Under the pieces are notes generated by a model. The model saw only the letters and a list, made by a program, of their open reading frames with translations. It searched no databases and was not told the DNA's origin. 37,919 nucleotides of DNA from Anaerolineae bacterium. GTDB taxonomy: Bacteria > Chloroflexota > Anaerolineae > S140-20. Positions 25,977 through 35,177 of the stretch are shown here, one piece after another. The stretch's first letter is position 1. The number at the start of each line of letters is the position of its first letter. The position numbers and the translations under genes are program-made. The stretch lies in contig JALUTT010000088.1 of the NCBI GenBank assembly GCA_027021705.1, forward strand, positions 1-37,919, given 5' to 3'.

Positions 25977-28809
25977 ACTTATACCGCTCCCCCAGCGCCA
26001 CCAGCGCCCGGTAGTAGCCCTCGATGCTGGGGATGTAGTGGCGCTCGTGGCGGCTGTGGGGACCGATGCCCGACTGCCCCCAGACGACGGCCTGTCCTCC
26101 CGGCGCGAAGCGCCCGCTGGTGCCGGCCAGCTTCCGCCCGATGACCGGCGGCTCCCCCGTCACCTCCTGCACGGCGGCCTTCAAGTTCGCCAGGTGGGGG
26201 TTCTCCGGGTCGCAGGCCACCCCCGCTTCCATCACCTGCACCTCCAGCTCCAGCCCGGCCCCTTTGCAGTAGTCGGCGATGCGGGCCATCACCCCCTCCA
26301 GGTCGTCCTCGGGGATGGGCCGGATCTCCACACCCAGGTAGCCCACGTCGGCGGTGATGTTGTAGACGCCCGGCAGCCCCACGTTGATGAAGGGGAAACG
26401 GTAGGCGGTCTGCCAGCCATCGGAGGCCGAGATGGTCATCTGGGCCTCGATGAGGCTGGCGATGGCCCCCCGGGCGGCGGTCAGCACCGCCGCCATGTCG
26501 GGCAGCCGCCCTCCCAGCCCCGTGTGCTGGCGCTCCCCCCGGGCGACGACGGAGAAGCGGACGACGCCCCGGTTGGCGACGTGGATCGCCCCCATCCGCT
26601 CGTCCCCGCGCTCGCCCGTCCGCTCGCCGACGATCATCAGCTCCGGCGCGTAGCCCCACTCCCGCTCTAACTCGGCCAGGACGTGGGGAGTGCCGTAGGG
26701 CTCGCCCTCGCCGTTCTCCTCGTTGCCCACCAGCAGCAGGTTGATGGCCGGCTTCGGCCCCGGCCGGCGCATCATCTCTTTCATCCAGACCAGGTAGGTG
26801 GCGACGACGGTCTTCATGTCGGCGCTCCCCCGCCCCCAGAGGTAGTCGCCGTGGATCGTCGGCTCGAACTGCCCATCGTCGGGCTCCGGGGGCACGACGT
26901 CGAAGTGGCCGGCCAACATCACCGGCGCCCTGGCCCGACCGGGGAACCAGGCGAGCACCGCCGGGTAGGCCCCCCGGTCGAAGAAGCGGACCTCCAACCC
27001 GGCCCGGCGCAGGTAGCGGACGATGAAGCGGGCCGCCCGGAAGACCTCCTCGATCCGCTCCTGGGGGCAGTTGGTCACCGAGGGGATGCGGATCAGCTCC
27101 TGGGCCAGGGCCACGATCTCGCTCACCCGGTCTGGGTAGCCGACGGCCACCACGGCCGGCGTCGGCTCCACCTCGAAGGGGACGACGGCGACGGGGCTCT
27201 GCCGGGCCTCCTCCCGCAGCCCGTGGAGCAATCCCCGCAGCTTGGGCGCTTCGTCCCCCAGCCGCAGGTAGTCCTCGACGATCTGGGCCACCTCCCGCCG
27301 GACCTGCTCCTCCCGCTCGACGGCCAGCGCCTTGAGCACCTCCCAGGGGACGATGAGGGAGCCATCGGGGGCCTGCTCCCCCTTCCCCACCATCGCCCGG
27401 ACCCGCTCGCGGAGCCGCTGGGCTGTGTTCGGGCCCCCCTGGGCCATCGCCTGGAGGGGGGCCAACGACTCCCAGCGTCCCAGAGCTTCGGCCAGGGGGC
27501 GGACCTGCTCCAGCGTCCAGCGGAGGAAGTCGCGCATAGCGATGGGCCGCCCGGTGAAGGGGTCCTCGATCTCCGCCCGCAGCCCGTCCCGGGCCGCGAT
27601 CTCCTCGTTGCGCCGGACGCGGGCGATGTCGCGGGCGTTGTAGACGAAGGAGCGGGCGAAGGTGGGGTCGGCGTAGGTCTGGATGAGGAGCAGTTCCTTT
27701 AGCGCCAGGTTGGCGATGTCCAGGGCCAGATCGTGCCCCCCCTCGTCCGTCCGCACCTCGACGCGGCCCATAGGCAGGTCAATGCGGGCCAGCAGGTTCT
27801 CCACCTCGATCTCCCGGGCCACGTCCTCGATGCCCGTCCGCTCGTCCAGGCTGTAGATCCCCTTCTGGTAGAGGGCGTGGAGTTGCTCACTGGTGGCCTG
27901 GATGAGGCGGGCCACCGGCTCAACGTCGGAGCGGGCCCGGGTTGGGGTCCAGTTGTTGTTGCCGAAGCGGACACCCCGCCGCACCAGGTCGTAGGAGATG
28001 CGGATGTAGTCGGCGTGGCTGCGGTAGAGGTCGGGCACGTCCAGGTCGGGCGGGTTAGGGAAGGTCAGGATGCGGTTGGAGTCGTACTCCGTCAGCAGGA
28101 CGGCGGGCTCCCCCTGGATGAGGGCCGGACGCATCGGGGTGCTGGCGGTGGTGGCGATGAAGAGGGCGGCGAAGGGGCGCAGCAGCCGGGCCCCCCGGAT
28201 GTAGACGCGGTTCTTGTAGCTGTCCAGGTGGCCGTTGCCCCGCTCGTCGGGGGGCAGGTGGAGGAAGTCCCAGCTCAGCAGCGCCTCGGGCAGAGAGACG
28301 TTGGCGTGGAGGCCGGCGGTGGCCAACTGCTCGCCGAAGAGGGCGACGCACCGCTCCAGGTAGCGCCGCTTGGCCAGGCTCCAGCCACCGGGGATGCTCT
28401 CCGGCCCCACCTGGACCGGGTAGAGGATGTTGCCGTGGAAGATGTAGAAGCGCTCTCCGAAGGAGAGGCCAACCCGGGCCAACACGTTCAGCAGCGCCCC
28501 TTCCAACAGCCGGGCTTCGTAGACGGCCCCCTCGGGCGAGTAGTAGGGCCGGGTGGCCCACTCCGTCATCCAGTGGTAGACCTCCCGCTGGTTCCGGTCG
28601 GCCAGCCAGTCGGGGATGTAGTGGTCCCGCAGGTAGTCAATGAAGCTCTGACGCTCCGGCCCATAGCCGACCTGGAGCACAGGGCGGAGGTCGGCGTCGA
28701 GGATGTTCCACTCCACTTCCAGCCCGCAGGTGCCGCTCTCGAAGCGGGACTGGAGCGACGCCTCGCGGGCGAGCTGATACTTCTCGGCGAATCGGGTGAT
28801 CTCGTTCAT
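25975..28809 (-). CDS. Fusion of a glutamate-cysteine-ligase-family (GCS2-like) carboxylate-amine ligase and an M20 (ArgE/DapE-like) deacylase
   Basis: N-half TCGLEVEWNILD, GLHANVS, RVEVRTD; C-half LAGHFDVVP, GRGSADMK, NEENG, GPHSRHE. Confidence 0.82.
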   Translation of the reverse strand: MNEITRFAEKYQLAREASLQSRFESGTCGLEVEWNILDADLRPVLQVGYGPERQSFIDYLRDHYIPDWLADRNQREVYHWMTEWATRPYYSPEGAVYEARLLEGALLNVLARVGLSFGERFYIFHGNILYPVQVGPESIPGGWSLAKRRYLERCVALFGEQLATAGLHANVSLPEALLSWDFLHLPPDERGNGHLDSYKNRVYIRGARLLRPFAALFIATTASTPMRPALIQGEPAVLLTEYDSNRILTFPNPPDLDVPDLYRSHADYIRISYDLVRRGVRFGNNNWTPTRARSDVEPVARLIQATSEQLHALYQKGIYSLDERTGIEDVAREIEVENLLARIDLPMGRVEVRTDEGGHDLALDIANLALKELLLIQTYADPTFARSFVYNARDIARVRRNEEIAARDGLRAEIEDPFTGRPIAMRDFLRWTLEQVRPLAEALGRWESLAPLQAMAQGGPNTAQRLRERVRAMVGKGEQAPDGSLIVPWEVLKALAVEREEQVRREVAQIVEDYLRLGDEAPKLRGLLHGLREEARQSPVAVVPFEVEPTPAVVAVGYPDRVSEIVALAQELIRIPSVTNCPQERIEEVFRAARFIVRYLRRAGLEVRFFDRGAYPAVLAWFPGRARAPVMLAGHFDVVPPEPDDGQFEPTIHGDYLWGRGSADMKTVVATYLVWMKEMMRRPGPKPAINLLLVGNEENGEGEPYGTPHVLAELEREWGYAPELMIVGERTGERGDERMGAIHVANRGVVRFSVVARGERQHTGLGGRLPDMAAVLTAARGAIASLIEAQMTISASDGWQTAYRFPFINVGLPGVYNITADVGYLGVEIRPIPEDDLEGVMARIADYCKGAGLELEVQVMEAGVACDPENPHLANLKAAVQEVTGEPPVIGRKLAGTSGRFAPGGQAVVWGQSGIGPHSRHERHYIPSIEGYYRALVALGERYK

Positions 28810-28870
28810 AGCGACCTAGAGTTAGCGAATGGCAGCTTAGCGAATGGCAGCTTAGCGGATAGCGGCCTAG
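28810..28870. repeat. TTAGCGAATGGCAGC / TAGCGG repeats filling the intergenic gap
   Basis: Two exact 15-mers plus related units. Confidence 0.75.
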
Positions 28871-30180
28871 CGGGCAAGGGCTTGGAGGCCCTCCAGGAGC
28901 CGCTGGGCTGCGGCTTGGGTCCGCTCCGGCGGCAGGGCGTAGGAGAAGCGGATCCAGCGGGCTCCGTGGCGGGAGAAGTAGACGCCGGGGACGATGGCCA
29001 GACCGTGCTCTTCGGCCAGGTACTGCCCCAGCACCGCCGAGTCCTCCATGCCGGCCTTCTCCAGCCAGGGGGCCACGTTGATGAAGGCGTAGTAGCCCTT
29101 GCCCAGGATGGCGGTGAGGCCGTGCTCCTGGAAGAAGCGGCGCAGAACGGCCCGGCTGGCGTTGGTCGGCTCGACGATGGTCGCCGCCGCCCGATCGAAG
29201 CCCATCTCGTAGGCCGCGATGGCCACCGCCTGGCTGTAGAAGCTGGGGATGACACCGTGGGAGGCCCGGCTCTGGATGAACCGGATCACCCGCTCCGGAG
29301 CCACCAGGTGGGCGTTGCGGATGTTGGAAGCCCCCAGCGACTTGGTGATCCCGTCCAGGATGATCAAGTGCTCCCGCTCCTCCGGCTCGAAGGCGAGCAG
29401 GAAGCGGTTGAGATCCATCGGCTCCTCGTCGGTCACCCGGTGGTAGATCCAGTCGTAGAGGACGAAGGGGATGCCCAGCCGCAGAGCGGCCTTGCCCAGG
29501 GCGACCTGCTGTTCGAGGGAGAGGGTGTGGCCGGTGGGGTTATCGGGCGAGGTGACGATGAGGGCGGCCACCTTGCGCCCGTGGCGTTCGGCCACCTCCA
29601 CGCAGGCGGCGATCCCCTCCTCGGTGTAGGCCCAGCCCTCTTCCTCGCGGCCGGGGGCCAGCATCACGTTGGCCCCGACGCCGTAGGGTCCCCAGTTGTA
29701 GCTGATCCAGGGGACGCGAGAGACGACGATGACGTCGCCGATCCGCCCGTGGCCCAGGAAGAGCATCGCCTGGTAGACCTTCTCCAGGGCATCGCGCCCC
29801 CCCTGGGCGGCGATGATGTTGGCCGGCCCCCAGCCCGTCGCCGAATCGAGCTGCCAGTAGTGCTCGACCACGGCCTGACGGAAGAGGTCGCAGCCGTAGG
29901 GCATATCGTAGCCGGTGCCGTGCTCCCGCTGGAGCTGGTGCGCCCGGTCCAGCACCTCCGGCGGCACGCCCGGCAGGCTGGCCCCGCCATCCCCCTGGGA
30001 GGCGTCGTAGACGGGACGGTCGGGATAGCGCTCCCGGAAGGTGGCCAGCGACTTCTTGATGAGGAACATCTTGGAAGGGGGGATAGGCATCATCGCCGCC
30101 GGGTAGCCGTTCACCGGCACCAGGGCCTGGGGAGGGACGACGAACTCAGGGGTATCGGGGGATGGGGTCTGGGTGGACAT
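28867..30180 (-). CDS. PLP-dependent aminotransferase, class I/II
   Basis: SPDNPTG, YDWIY, DGITKSLG..R, IVPG.YF, IRFSYA; RBS AGGAGG before ATG 30180. Confidence 0.9.
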   Translation of the reverse strand: MSTQTPSPDTPEFVVPPQALVPVNGYPAAMMPIPPSKMFLIKKSLATFRERYPDRPVYDASQGDGGASLPGVPPEVLDRAHQLQREHGTGYDMPYGCDLFRQAVVEHYWQLDSATGWGPANIIAAQGGRDALEKVYQAMLFLGHGRIGDVIVVSRVPWISYNWGPYGVGANVMLAPGREEEGWAYTEEGIAACVEVAERHGRKVAALIVTSPDNPTGHTLSLEQQVALGKAALRLGIPFVLYDWIYHRVTDEEPMDLNRFLLAFEPEEREHLIILDGITKSLGASNIRNAHLVAPERVIRFIQSRASHGVIPSFYSQAVAIAAYEMGFDRAAATIVEPTNASRAVLRRFFQEHGLTAILGKGYYAFINVAPWLEKAGMEDSAVLGQYLAEEHGLAIVPGVYFSRHGARWIRFSYALPPERTQAAAQRLLEGLQALAR

Positions 30181-30214
30181 CGTTTGCCTCCTGTGTGCAC
30201 TGCTCTGGACATAG

Positions 30215-30245
30215 AAAAAGCCCCCGGACGGGCGGGTCCGGGGGC
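30215..30245 (-). terminator. Intrinsic (attenuator) terminator upstream of the aminotransferase
   Basis: mRNA GCCCCCGGAC-ccgccc-GUCCGGGGGC-UUUUU. Confidence 0.85.
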
Positions 30246-30271
30246 GATCTTCCGTCGGAAAAGGGCTGCGC

Positions 30272-30373
30272 TCAGAGCCGATGAACAGCGTGAGCCGGAC
30301 CCGCCGGGTGGGGGTCAAGGGTGGTATTGGTACGAGTGCGGGTGTTCAGGCTCACGATACGAAAAAGGCTCAT
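30272..30373 (-). CDS. Thr-rich attenuator leader peptide MSLFRIVSLNTRTRTNTTLDPHPAGPAHAVHRL
   Basis: GAGGA before ATG; 5 Thr in codons 11-18; contains an 11-nt segment (30295-30305) complementary to the terminator 5' arm and loop. Confidence 0.72.
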   Translation of the reverse strand: MSLFRIVSLNTRTRTNTTLDPHPAGPAHAVHRL

Positions 30374-30410
30374 CGGTCCATCCTCACAAGGTGGCTGATA
30401 GAGCGAGAGG

Positions 30411-30439
30411 AGTGTAACACAAAAGGGCGAGAACGTCAA
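30411..30439 (-). promoter_or_regulatory. sigma70-type promoter of the attenuated operon
   Basis: TTGACG-17-TACACT with TG extension. Confidence 0.72.
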
Positions 30440-30487
30440 GGACAGGGGAACCGGTGATTACCCATATCTTTGGAGATAGGGAGACAA

Positions 30488-30564
30488 GCCGTCCACGAAT
30501 GGGGCACGAATACACGAATTAAGGGCCGCCTCATTCGTGCATTTGTGAGAAACTCGTGGACGGC
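30488..30564. repeat. ~77-bp palindromic ACGAAT/ATTCGT element, copy 2
   Basis: Perfect 11-bp terminal inverted repeat GCCGTCCACGA/TCGTGGACGGC. Confidence 0.8.
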
Positions 30565-30628
30565 CTGCTACGGACCACTCTCTCGCTCACTTGTGGGTAA
30601 TCACCGCCAGGGGAACCTCCACGGAGGA

Positions 30629-31126
30629 TCACCGGATTGGATGGAACTCGTAGCGGTGAGCATCCCCATCGTACAGCCCCCAGCCCGGCTCCCCGTAGCG
30701 CCCCATCACCTCGCCGGGATTGACCAGGTAGCCCTCGCCAACCTGCTCCCGGTGCTGCCGGTGGTCGTGACCATAGCAGACCAGATCGAACTGACCTGAC
30801 TGGGCGATGCGCCGTGCCGGCTCCGGATAGTGGATCAGCGCCACCCGCCGCCCGCCGAGAGTTAGCTCAGCGTAGATGCCGTGGAGGGTGACGTGGGGGA
30901 ATTGGCCCGCCACCGTATGGAGCAAGCGGCCATCCCCATCGTTGTTGCCGAAGACGACGTGGATGGGGCCGGAGAAGCTCTCGGCCATCTGGGCCAGCAC
31001 GAAGGGAGCGCAGAGGTCACCACAGTGCAGCAGCACCTCGGCCCCCCGCTCCTGGACCTGGCGCAGCGCCACCTCCAGGTTCCAGATGTTGTCGTGACTG
31101 TCGGAGAAAATGGCAATCTTCGTCAT
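30629..31126 (-). CDS. Calcineurin-like metallophosphoesterase (YfcE/MJ0936-type)
   Basis: SDSHDN, HCGD, GNND, YGHDH, VNPG; RBS AGGAGG. Confidence 0.92.
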   Translation of the reverse strand: MTKIAIFSDSHDNIWNLEVALRQVQERGAEVLLHCGDLCAPFVLAQMAESFSGPIHVVFGNNDGDGRLLHTVAGQFPHVTLHGIYAELTLGGRRVALIHYPEPARRIAQSGQFDLVCYGHDHRQHREQVGEGYLVNPGEVMGRYGEPGWGLYDGDAHRYEFHPIR

Positions 31127-31284
31127 CCTGCTTCCTCCTTCTTTGTGAGCAGATGTCGTAGCGACCCGCACAAGCCTTTCCCGCTGAATTATACCGCATC
31201 CTCGCGGAATCAGCGCATCCTCACCTGGGGACCGTCATCTGAACCGTCAGAAGCGGTGATGGGAAAATCGCCCGCCCTGCTTCC

Positions 31285-31313
31285 TTGACATCCCCCCCCT
31301 TTTCCCGTATACT
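31285..31313 (+). promoter_or_regulatory. Near-consensus sigma70 promoter
   Basis: TTGACA-17-TATACT. Confidence 0.75.
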
Positions 31314-31398
31314 CAGCCGCTTGGAGCGAGCCTGGGGCTCCCCCACCCGAGCATCCCCTTGCCCAGGCCCCTGAAATCCCACGGAAGGAGGCTTGACG

Positions 31399-32547
31399 AT
31401 GAACCTTTCCTCGCAACGACTAGGGCTGGTCGTCGCCCTGACGACCGCGATGATCGCGCTGGTGGCCCTGCTCTCCACCGCTCCCCACCTTCCCGCCCAC
31501 GCCCAAGGGCAGACCACCCCTCCCGACCCGCAGGCCAAGACCTCGCCGGCCGGCAGCGCCTCGCTACACAACCCTACCTTCGACAACCACGACTGGTACG
31601 AGTTCAACCGCCGCTACCAGAGCGCCTATCCGGCCGGCTCTTGGCTGCCTGACGACGACAACAACTTGAACGACGACATCCCGGAGAGCAGCCGCCAGGA
31701 CTGGCGGCTCTGGTTCCAGAACGGGACCGACATCGTAGAGACCGACCCCGAGCAGGTCTACGCCCACTCCATCGAAGGGGTCCAGATCCGTCCCTACGGA
31801 GGGGGACACCAACTGGCCGGCCTCTACCAGGTGATCTACAACACGACCCCCTGCTTGGTCTACCAGTTCCAGATGTACGGCCAGTCCCGGCCCGAGGGGG
31901 GGGACACCTGGGCCGTCCTCCAGGTGGGGATTGACCAGGTGGGCTGGCACCCCGACTCCACCAACGACCCGGCGGTCCACGCCTTTCCCAGCACCACCGT
32001 TTGGGGGCCCTCCCACGACTACAAGTGGACCTACGGCCCGCTGACGGTGACGGCCGAGGCATTGAACACCCAGATCACCGTCTTCACCTACGCCGACTCG
32101 CCGGGCGGACGCTCCCACCGCATCCTCTGGGACACAGGCTCCTTCCAGGACGTGACGCCGGCGATGATCCATGACCCGGACAACCTGCCCTCACCCGGCG
32201 GGATCAGCAACCTGAGCGTGACGCCCGGCAGCACGACGGCCCAGGTGACCTGGACAACGGCCGAGGCTGCCCTGGGCCAGGTCTACTACCGCAAGCTCCC
32301 CACCCCCGGCAGCCCACCGACGGGCACCGTTATCTTCCAGGTTTACCTTCCCCTGGTCGCCCGCTCCGGCGGGGTCACCTGGCAGGCGACGCCGCTGAAC
32401 AAGACGCCCACGACCTCCCACTCGGAGACGATCACCGGCTTGGAGCCGGACAGCACCTACGCCTACATCGTCGTCTCCCGGGGCCTCTCCGGCGGGCAGT
32501 GCGTCACCTGGGTGTCGAGCGAGCAGCAGTTCACCACCACCCCGTAG
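31399..32547 (+). CDS. Secreted protein with a beta-sandwich (CBM-like) domain and C-terminal FN3 domain
   Basis: RBS AAGGAGG; signal peptide ending AHA-Q; LHNPTFD, AGLYQ; FN3 AQVTWTT..ITGLEPDSTYAY..FTT. Confidence 0.8.
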   Translation: MNLSSQRLGLVVALTTAMIALVALLSTAPHLPAHAQGQTTPPDPQAKTSPAGSASLHNPTFDNHDWYEFNRRYQSAYPAGSWLPDDDNNLNDDIPESSRQDWRLWFQNGTDIVETDPEQVYAHSIEGVQIRPYGGGHQLAGLYQVIYNTTPCLVYQFQMYGQSRPEGGDTWAVLQVGIDQVGWHPDSTNDPAVHAFPSTTVWGPSHDYKWTYGPLTVTAEALNTQITVFTYADSPGGRSHRILWDTGSFQDVTPAMIHDPDNLPSPGGISNLSVTPGSTTAQVTWTTAEAALGQVYYRKLPTPGSPPTGTVIFQVYLPLVARSGGVTWQATPLNKTPTTSHSETITGLEPDSTYAYIVVSRGLSGGQCVTWVSSEQQFTTTP

Positions 32548-32587
32548 GCGGGAACGCCGTCAAGAGCGTCTCCTCCCCACCTAAAGG

Positions 32588-35176
32588 CTACCGGCCGGCG
32601 ACGACCACCGATGGCAGCGTGACCTGGTCGCCGGCCGGTTCCCCATCCACCTGCACCGGCCAGCGTTCCAGCGTGGCCAGCCAGTAGACCCCCGTCGTCA
32701 GCCGGTACTCCCCCGGCGGTGCGTCGGCCGGCAGCGCCAGCCGGTGGCGCTGGACGAGGATGTCCCCCACCCGCCACTGCTCCACGGGCACGCCCAGCCC
32801 ATCACCGACGAGGACGGGCGCTCCTCCCGGCCCCACCAGGTGCAGCATCACCGAGAGGGGGCGATCCGGCAGCCCCTCCACCCGCCACCAGGTCGTCACC
32901 TCCACCGTCTGCCCCGGCGCGATGGAGCGGGCGTCCACGCCCCCGTAGCCCAGGAAGGCTAGGTCCCCCACCCGGACGGACGCTTCGGGCCGGGAGCGAG
33001 GAGGGGGCACGGGGCCGGCAGGCTGCTCGTAGACGGCGAAGGGAGGGAGTTGGGTCGGGCGGCGCTGTTCGTAGCTCAGCCGGGCATCCGCCAGCCGCGC
33101 CTCGATGAAGGCATCCTCCATCCGGGCCGTCTCCCGGTAGAGGGCGTACCAGCCCGGCTCCTCCCCGCCCGTGGGATAGAGCCAGCCCTGGGTGCAGTCG
33201 AAATAGGCCATCCGCAGGTCGTCCCGTCCAAAGCCCTCGGCGGCCGCCGGGGGCGGAAGGGGGGCTACCGGGGCAGTGCACTGGGCCAGCCAGGTGGGCG
33301 CCGGCTCCGGCGGGAGGACCCGATAGACGAAGAGGGCGTAGCCGGGACGGGCCACTGGCTCCCGGTGGCGGAACCAGTCGTAGGTGTCGGGCTCGGCCAC
33401 CATCACCCCTTGCAGCGTCGTCGCCCCCAGGACGTAGGTGCCGGGAGCCGGGTTGAAGCGCCGGGGGAGGACGGGAGGGCCGCCGGGGGCGGGCGGGATC
33501 GGTTCGTAGGCGATGCCGTAGAGGGCCGGGTCGGCGTAGGTGTAGTAGCTCAAGCGCACCGGCCCCTCCCCGGTCTCATCCAGGTAGGCCCGCAGCGCCT
33601 TGAAGGACTGTCCCCAGTCCAGGTTGGAGTCCACCAGGTAGCAGTACCCCCCCGCCGGACCGCCGGCCAGCTCGTTGAAGAAAGCCAGGTAGTGGGGCGC
33701 GATGCGCAGGGTGCCGAAGAGATACCAGGCGAGCAGGACGAGAAACGTGATGCGTGGCGCGTGAGGCGTGAGGCGCGAGGTGGGTGGTCGGGTGGTCGCC
33801 TGGTCACTTGGTCGGGTGGTCGCTTGGTCATCTGGTCGGGTGGTCGCTCGGTCGGGTGGTCGCTTGGCCCCTGCCCCTTGCTTGCCCCTTGCCCCTTGCC
33901 CCTTGTCACTTGGTCGGGTGGTCGGGTGGTCATCTGGTCGGGTGGTCGGGTGGTCATCTGGTCGGGTGGTCGGGTGGTCATCTGGTCGGGTGGTCAGGTG
34001 GTCGGCGGTCCGCGGTCGGCGATCCGCAGCAAGGCGGGCGACGAAGACATCGAGGAAGGGGAGCAAGACCAGGAGGAAGCGGTAGCCGATGGCGATGGTG
34101 CTGAAGAGGGTGACCAGGCCGTAGGCGACCGGGTAGGCCCAGAGGGGGAGCTCCTCCCGCCAGCGCGACGGCCCCGCCCCCAGGAAGACCACCACCGCGC
34201 CGAGGAGAAGGAGCAGGAGGGGAAGCGGCGTCTTCAGGAGGAAGGCCAGGGGGTAGTAGTACCACCAGCCGGTGGCCCGGATCTCCCCCATCAGGAAGGC
34301 GGTGTGGCCCTGGCGGGCGTGACGCTGCACCCCCAGCCAGGTCTCCCACTGGGTGGCGAAGGGGAGGGGCCAGGGGGGCGCACCGGGCCGCTCCAGAGGG
34401 CGCCACTCGAAGCGGTAGAGCCCCCACAGCACCAGCAGGGCCAGCCCCACCAGGACGACTGCCTCCCCCAGCGCCCGCCCGATCCCCCGCCGCCGAGCCC
34501 CCAGGAGGGCGTGGAGGGGAACCAGGACGAGGAGGGCGAAGAAGCCCGACGACTTGGCGCTCAGGGTCAGCCCCAGGGCCAGGCCGGCCGCCAAGAGGGC
34601 GCTCCCGGAGGGCCGCTGCAGGTGCCGGAAGACCAGGTAGGCGCCGGCGAAGCCGAAGACGGCCAGCCCCAGGTCGGTGGTGGCCAGGGTGGCGTGGGCG
34701 AGGAGGTTGGGATCGAAGGCGAAGAGGGCCAGGGCGAACAGGCCGGCCCGACGACCAAAACGCTCGGCGGCCCAGCGGAAGACAAGGGCCGCGCCCAGAA
34801 GGGCCAGGAGCAGGATGGGGAGCCGGGCGGCGAAGGTGGCCGCCTCCAGGCCCTGCCCCAGGCCGGAGACGAAGGCCGGGGCGAAGCGGGCCAGGTCCGC
34901 CTCCGCCCATCCCGGCAGCGCCGTCACGTCGGGGCCGGGCTGCAGGAGGAGCGGCAGCGCCGTCAGCACGAAGAGGAGGGGAGGGTGAGCGGCCGCCGGG
35001 ATCAGCCGCAGGTCCCCCGTCCGCAGGTAGGCGTAGCCCGGCCCCAGGAAGGCCGGTTCGTCGGCCGTCAGGGAGAGACGGGGGATCGCCATCACCCCCT
35101 GGGCGAAGAAGATCAGGAGGAGCAGGATCGCCCCGGCGCGGGAGCGGGCGGGTCGGGTCAGGGGGCTCCTCCTCAC
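32588..35176 (-). CDS. GT-C (ArnT/PMT-like) membrane glycosyltransferase with C-terminal extracytoplasmic domain, paralog B
   Basis: TADEP, HPPL, FDPNLLAH..LATTD, KTPLP, YRFLL, YLVDSNLDWGQ; in-frame low-complexity insert. Confidence 0.85.
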   Translation of the reverse strand: MRRSPLTRPARSRAGAILLLLIFFAQGVMAIPRLSLTADEPAFLGPGYAYLRTGDLRLIPAAAHPPLLFVLTALPLLLQPGPDVTALPGWAEADLARFAPAFVSGLGQGLEAATFAARLPILLLALLGAALVFRWAAERFGRRAGLFALALFAFDPNLLAHATLATTDLGLAVFGFAGAYLVFRHLQRPSGSALLAAGLALGLTLSAKSSGFFALLVLVPLHALLGARRRGIGRALGEAVVLVGLALLVLWGLYRFEWRPLERPGAPPWPLPFATQWETWLGVQRHARQGHTAFLMGEIRATGWWYYYPLAFLLKTPLPLLLLLLGAVVVFLGAGPSRWREELPLWAYPVAYGLVTLFSTIAIGYRFLLVLLPFLDVFVARLAADRRPRTADHLTTRPDDHPTTRPDDHPTTRPDDHPTTRPSDKGQGARGKQGAGAKRPPDRATTRPDDQATTRPSDQATTRPPTSRLTPHAPRITFLVLLAWYLFGTLRIAPHYLAFFNELAGGPAGGYCYLVDSNLDWGQSFKALRAYLDETGEGPVRLSYYTYADPALYGIAYEPIPPAPGGPPVLPRRFNPAPGTYVLGATTLQGVMVAEPDTYDWFRHREPVARPGYALFVYRVLPPEPAPTWLAQCTAPVAPLPPPAAAEGFGRDDLRMAYFDCTQGWLYPTGGEEPGWYALYRETARMEDAFIEARLADARLSYEQRRPTQLPPFAVYEQPAGPVPPPRSRPEASVRVGDLAFLGYGGVDARSIAPGQTVEVTTWWRVEGLPDRPLSVMLHLVGPGGAPVLVGDGLGVPVEQWRVGDILVQRHRLALPADAPPGEYRLTTGVYWLATLERWPVQVDGEPAGDQVTLPSVVVAGR
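33746..34028 (-). repeat. In-frame composite 7/8-mer cassette within paralog B
   Basis: Encodes ADRRPRTADHL(TTRPDDHP)3..KGQGARG..SRLTPHAPRIT. Confidence 0.92.
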
Positions 35177-35177
35177 G

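Noticed and set aside
30181..30410. T-box or metabolite riboswitch; ORF-track extension of the aminotransferase to 30318
   Set aside because: No T-box AGGGTGGNACCGCG or recognisable aptamer; the leader ORF plus antiterminator explains the region, and the RBS supports ATG 30180
33746..34028. Intein or self-splicing intron in the glycosyltransferase
   Set aside because: No C/S..HN intein termini or group I/II intron features; the insert is pure short-period repeat
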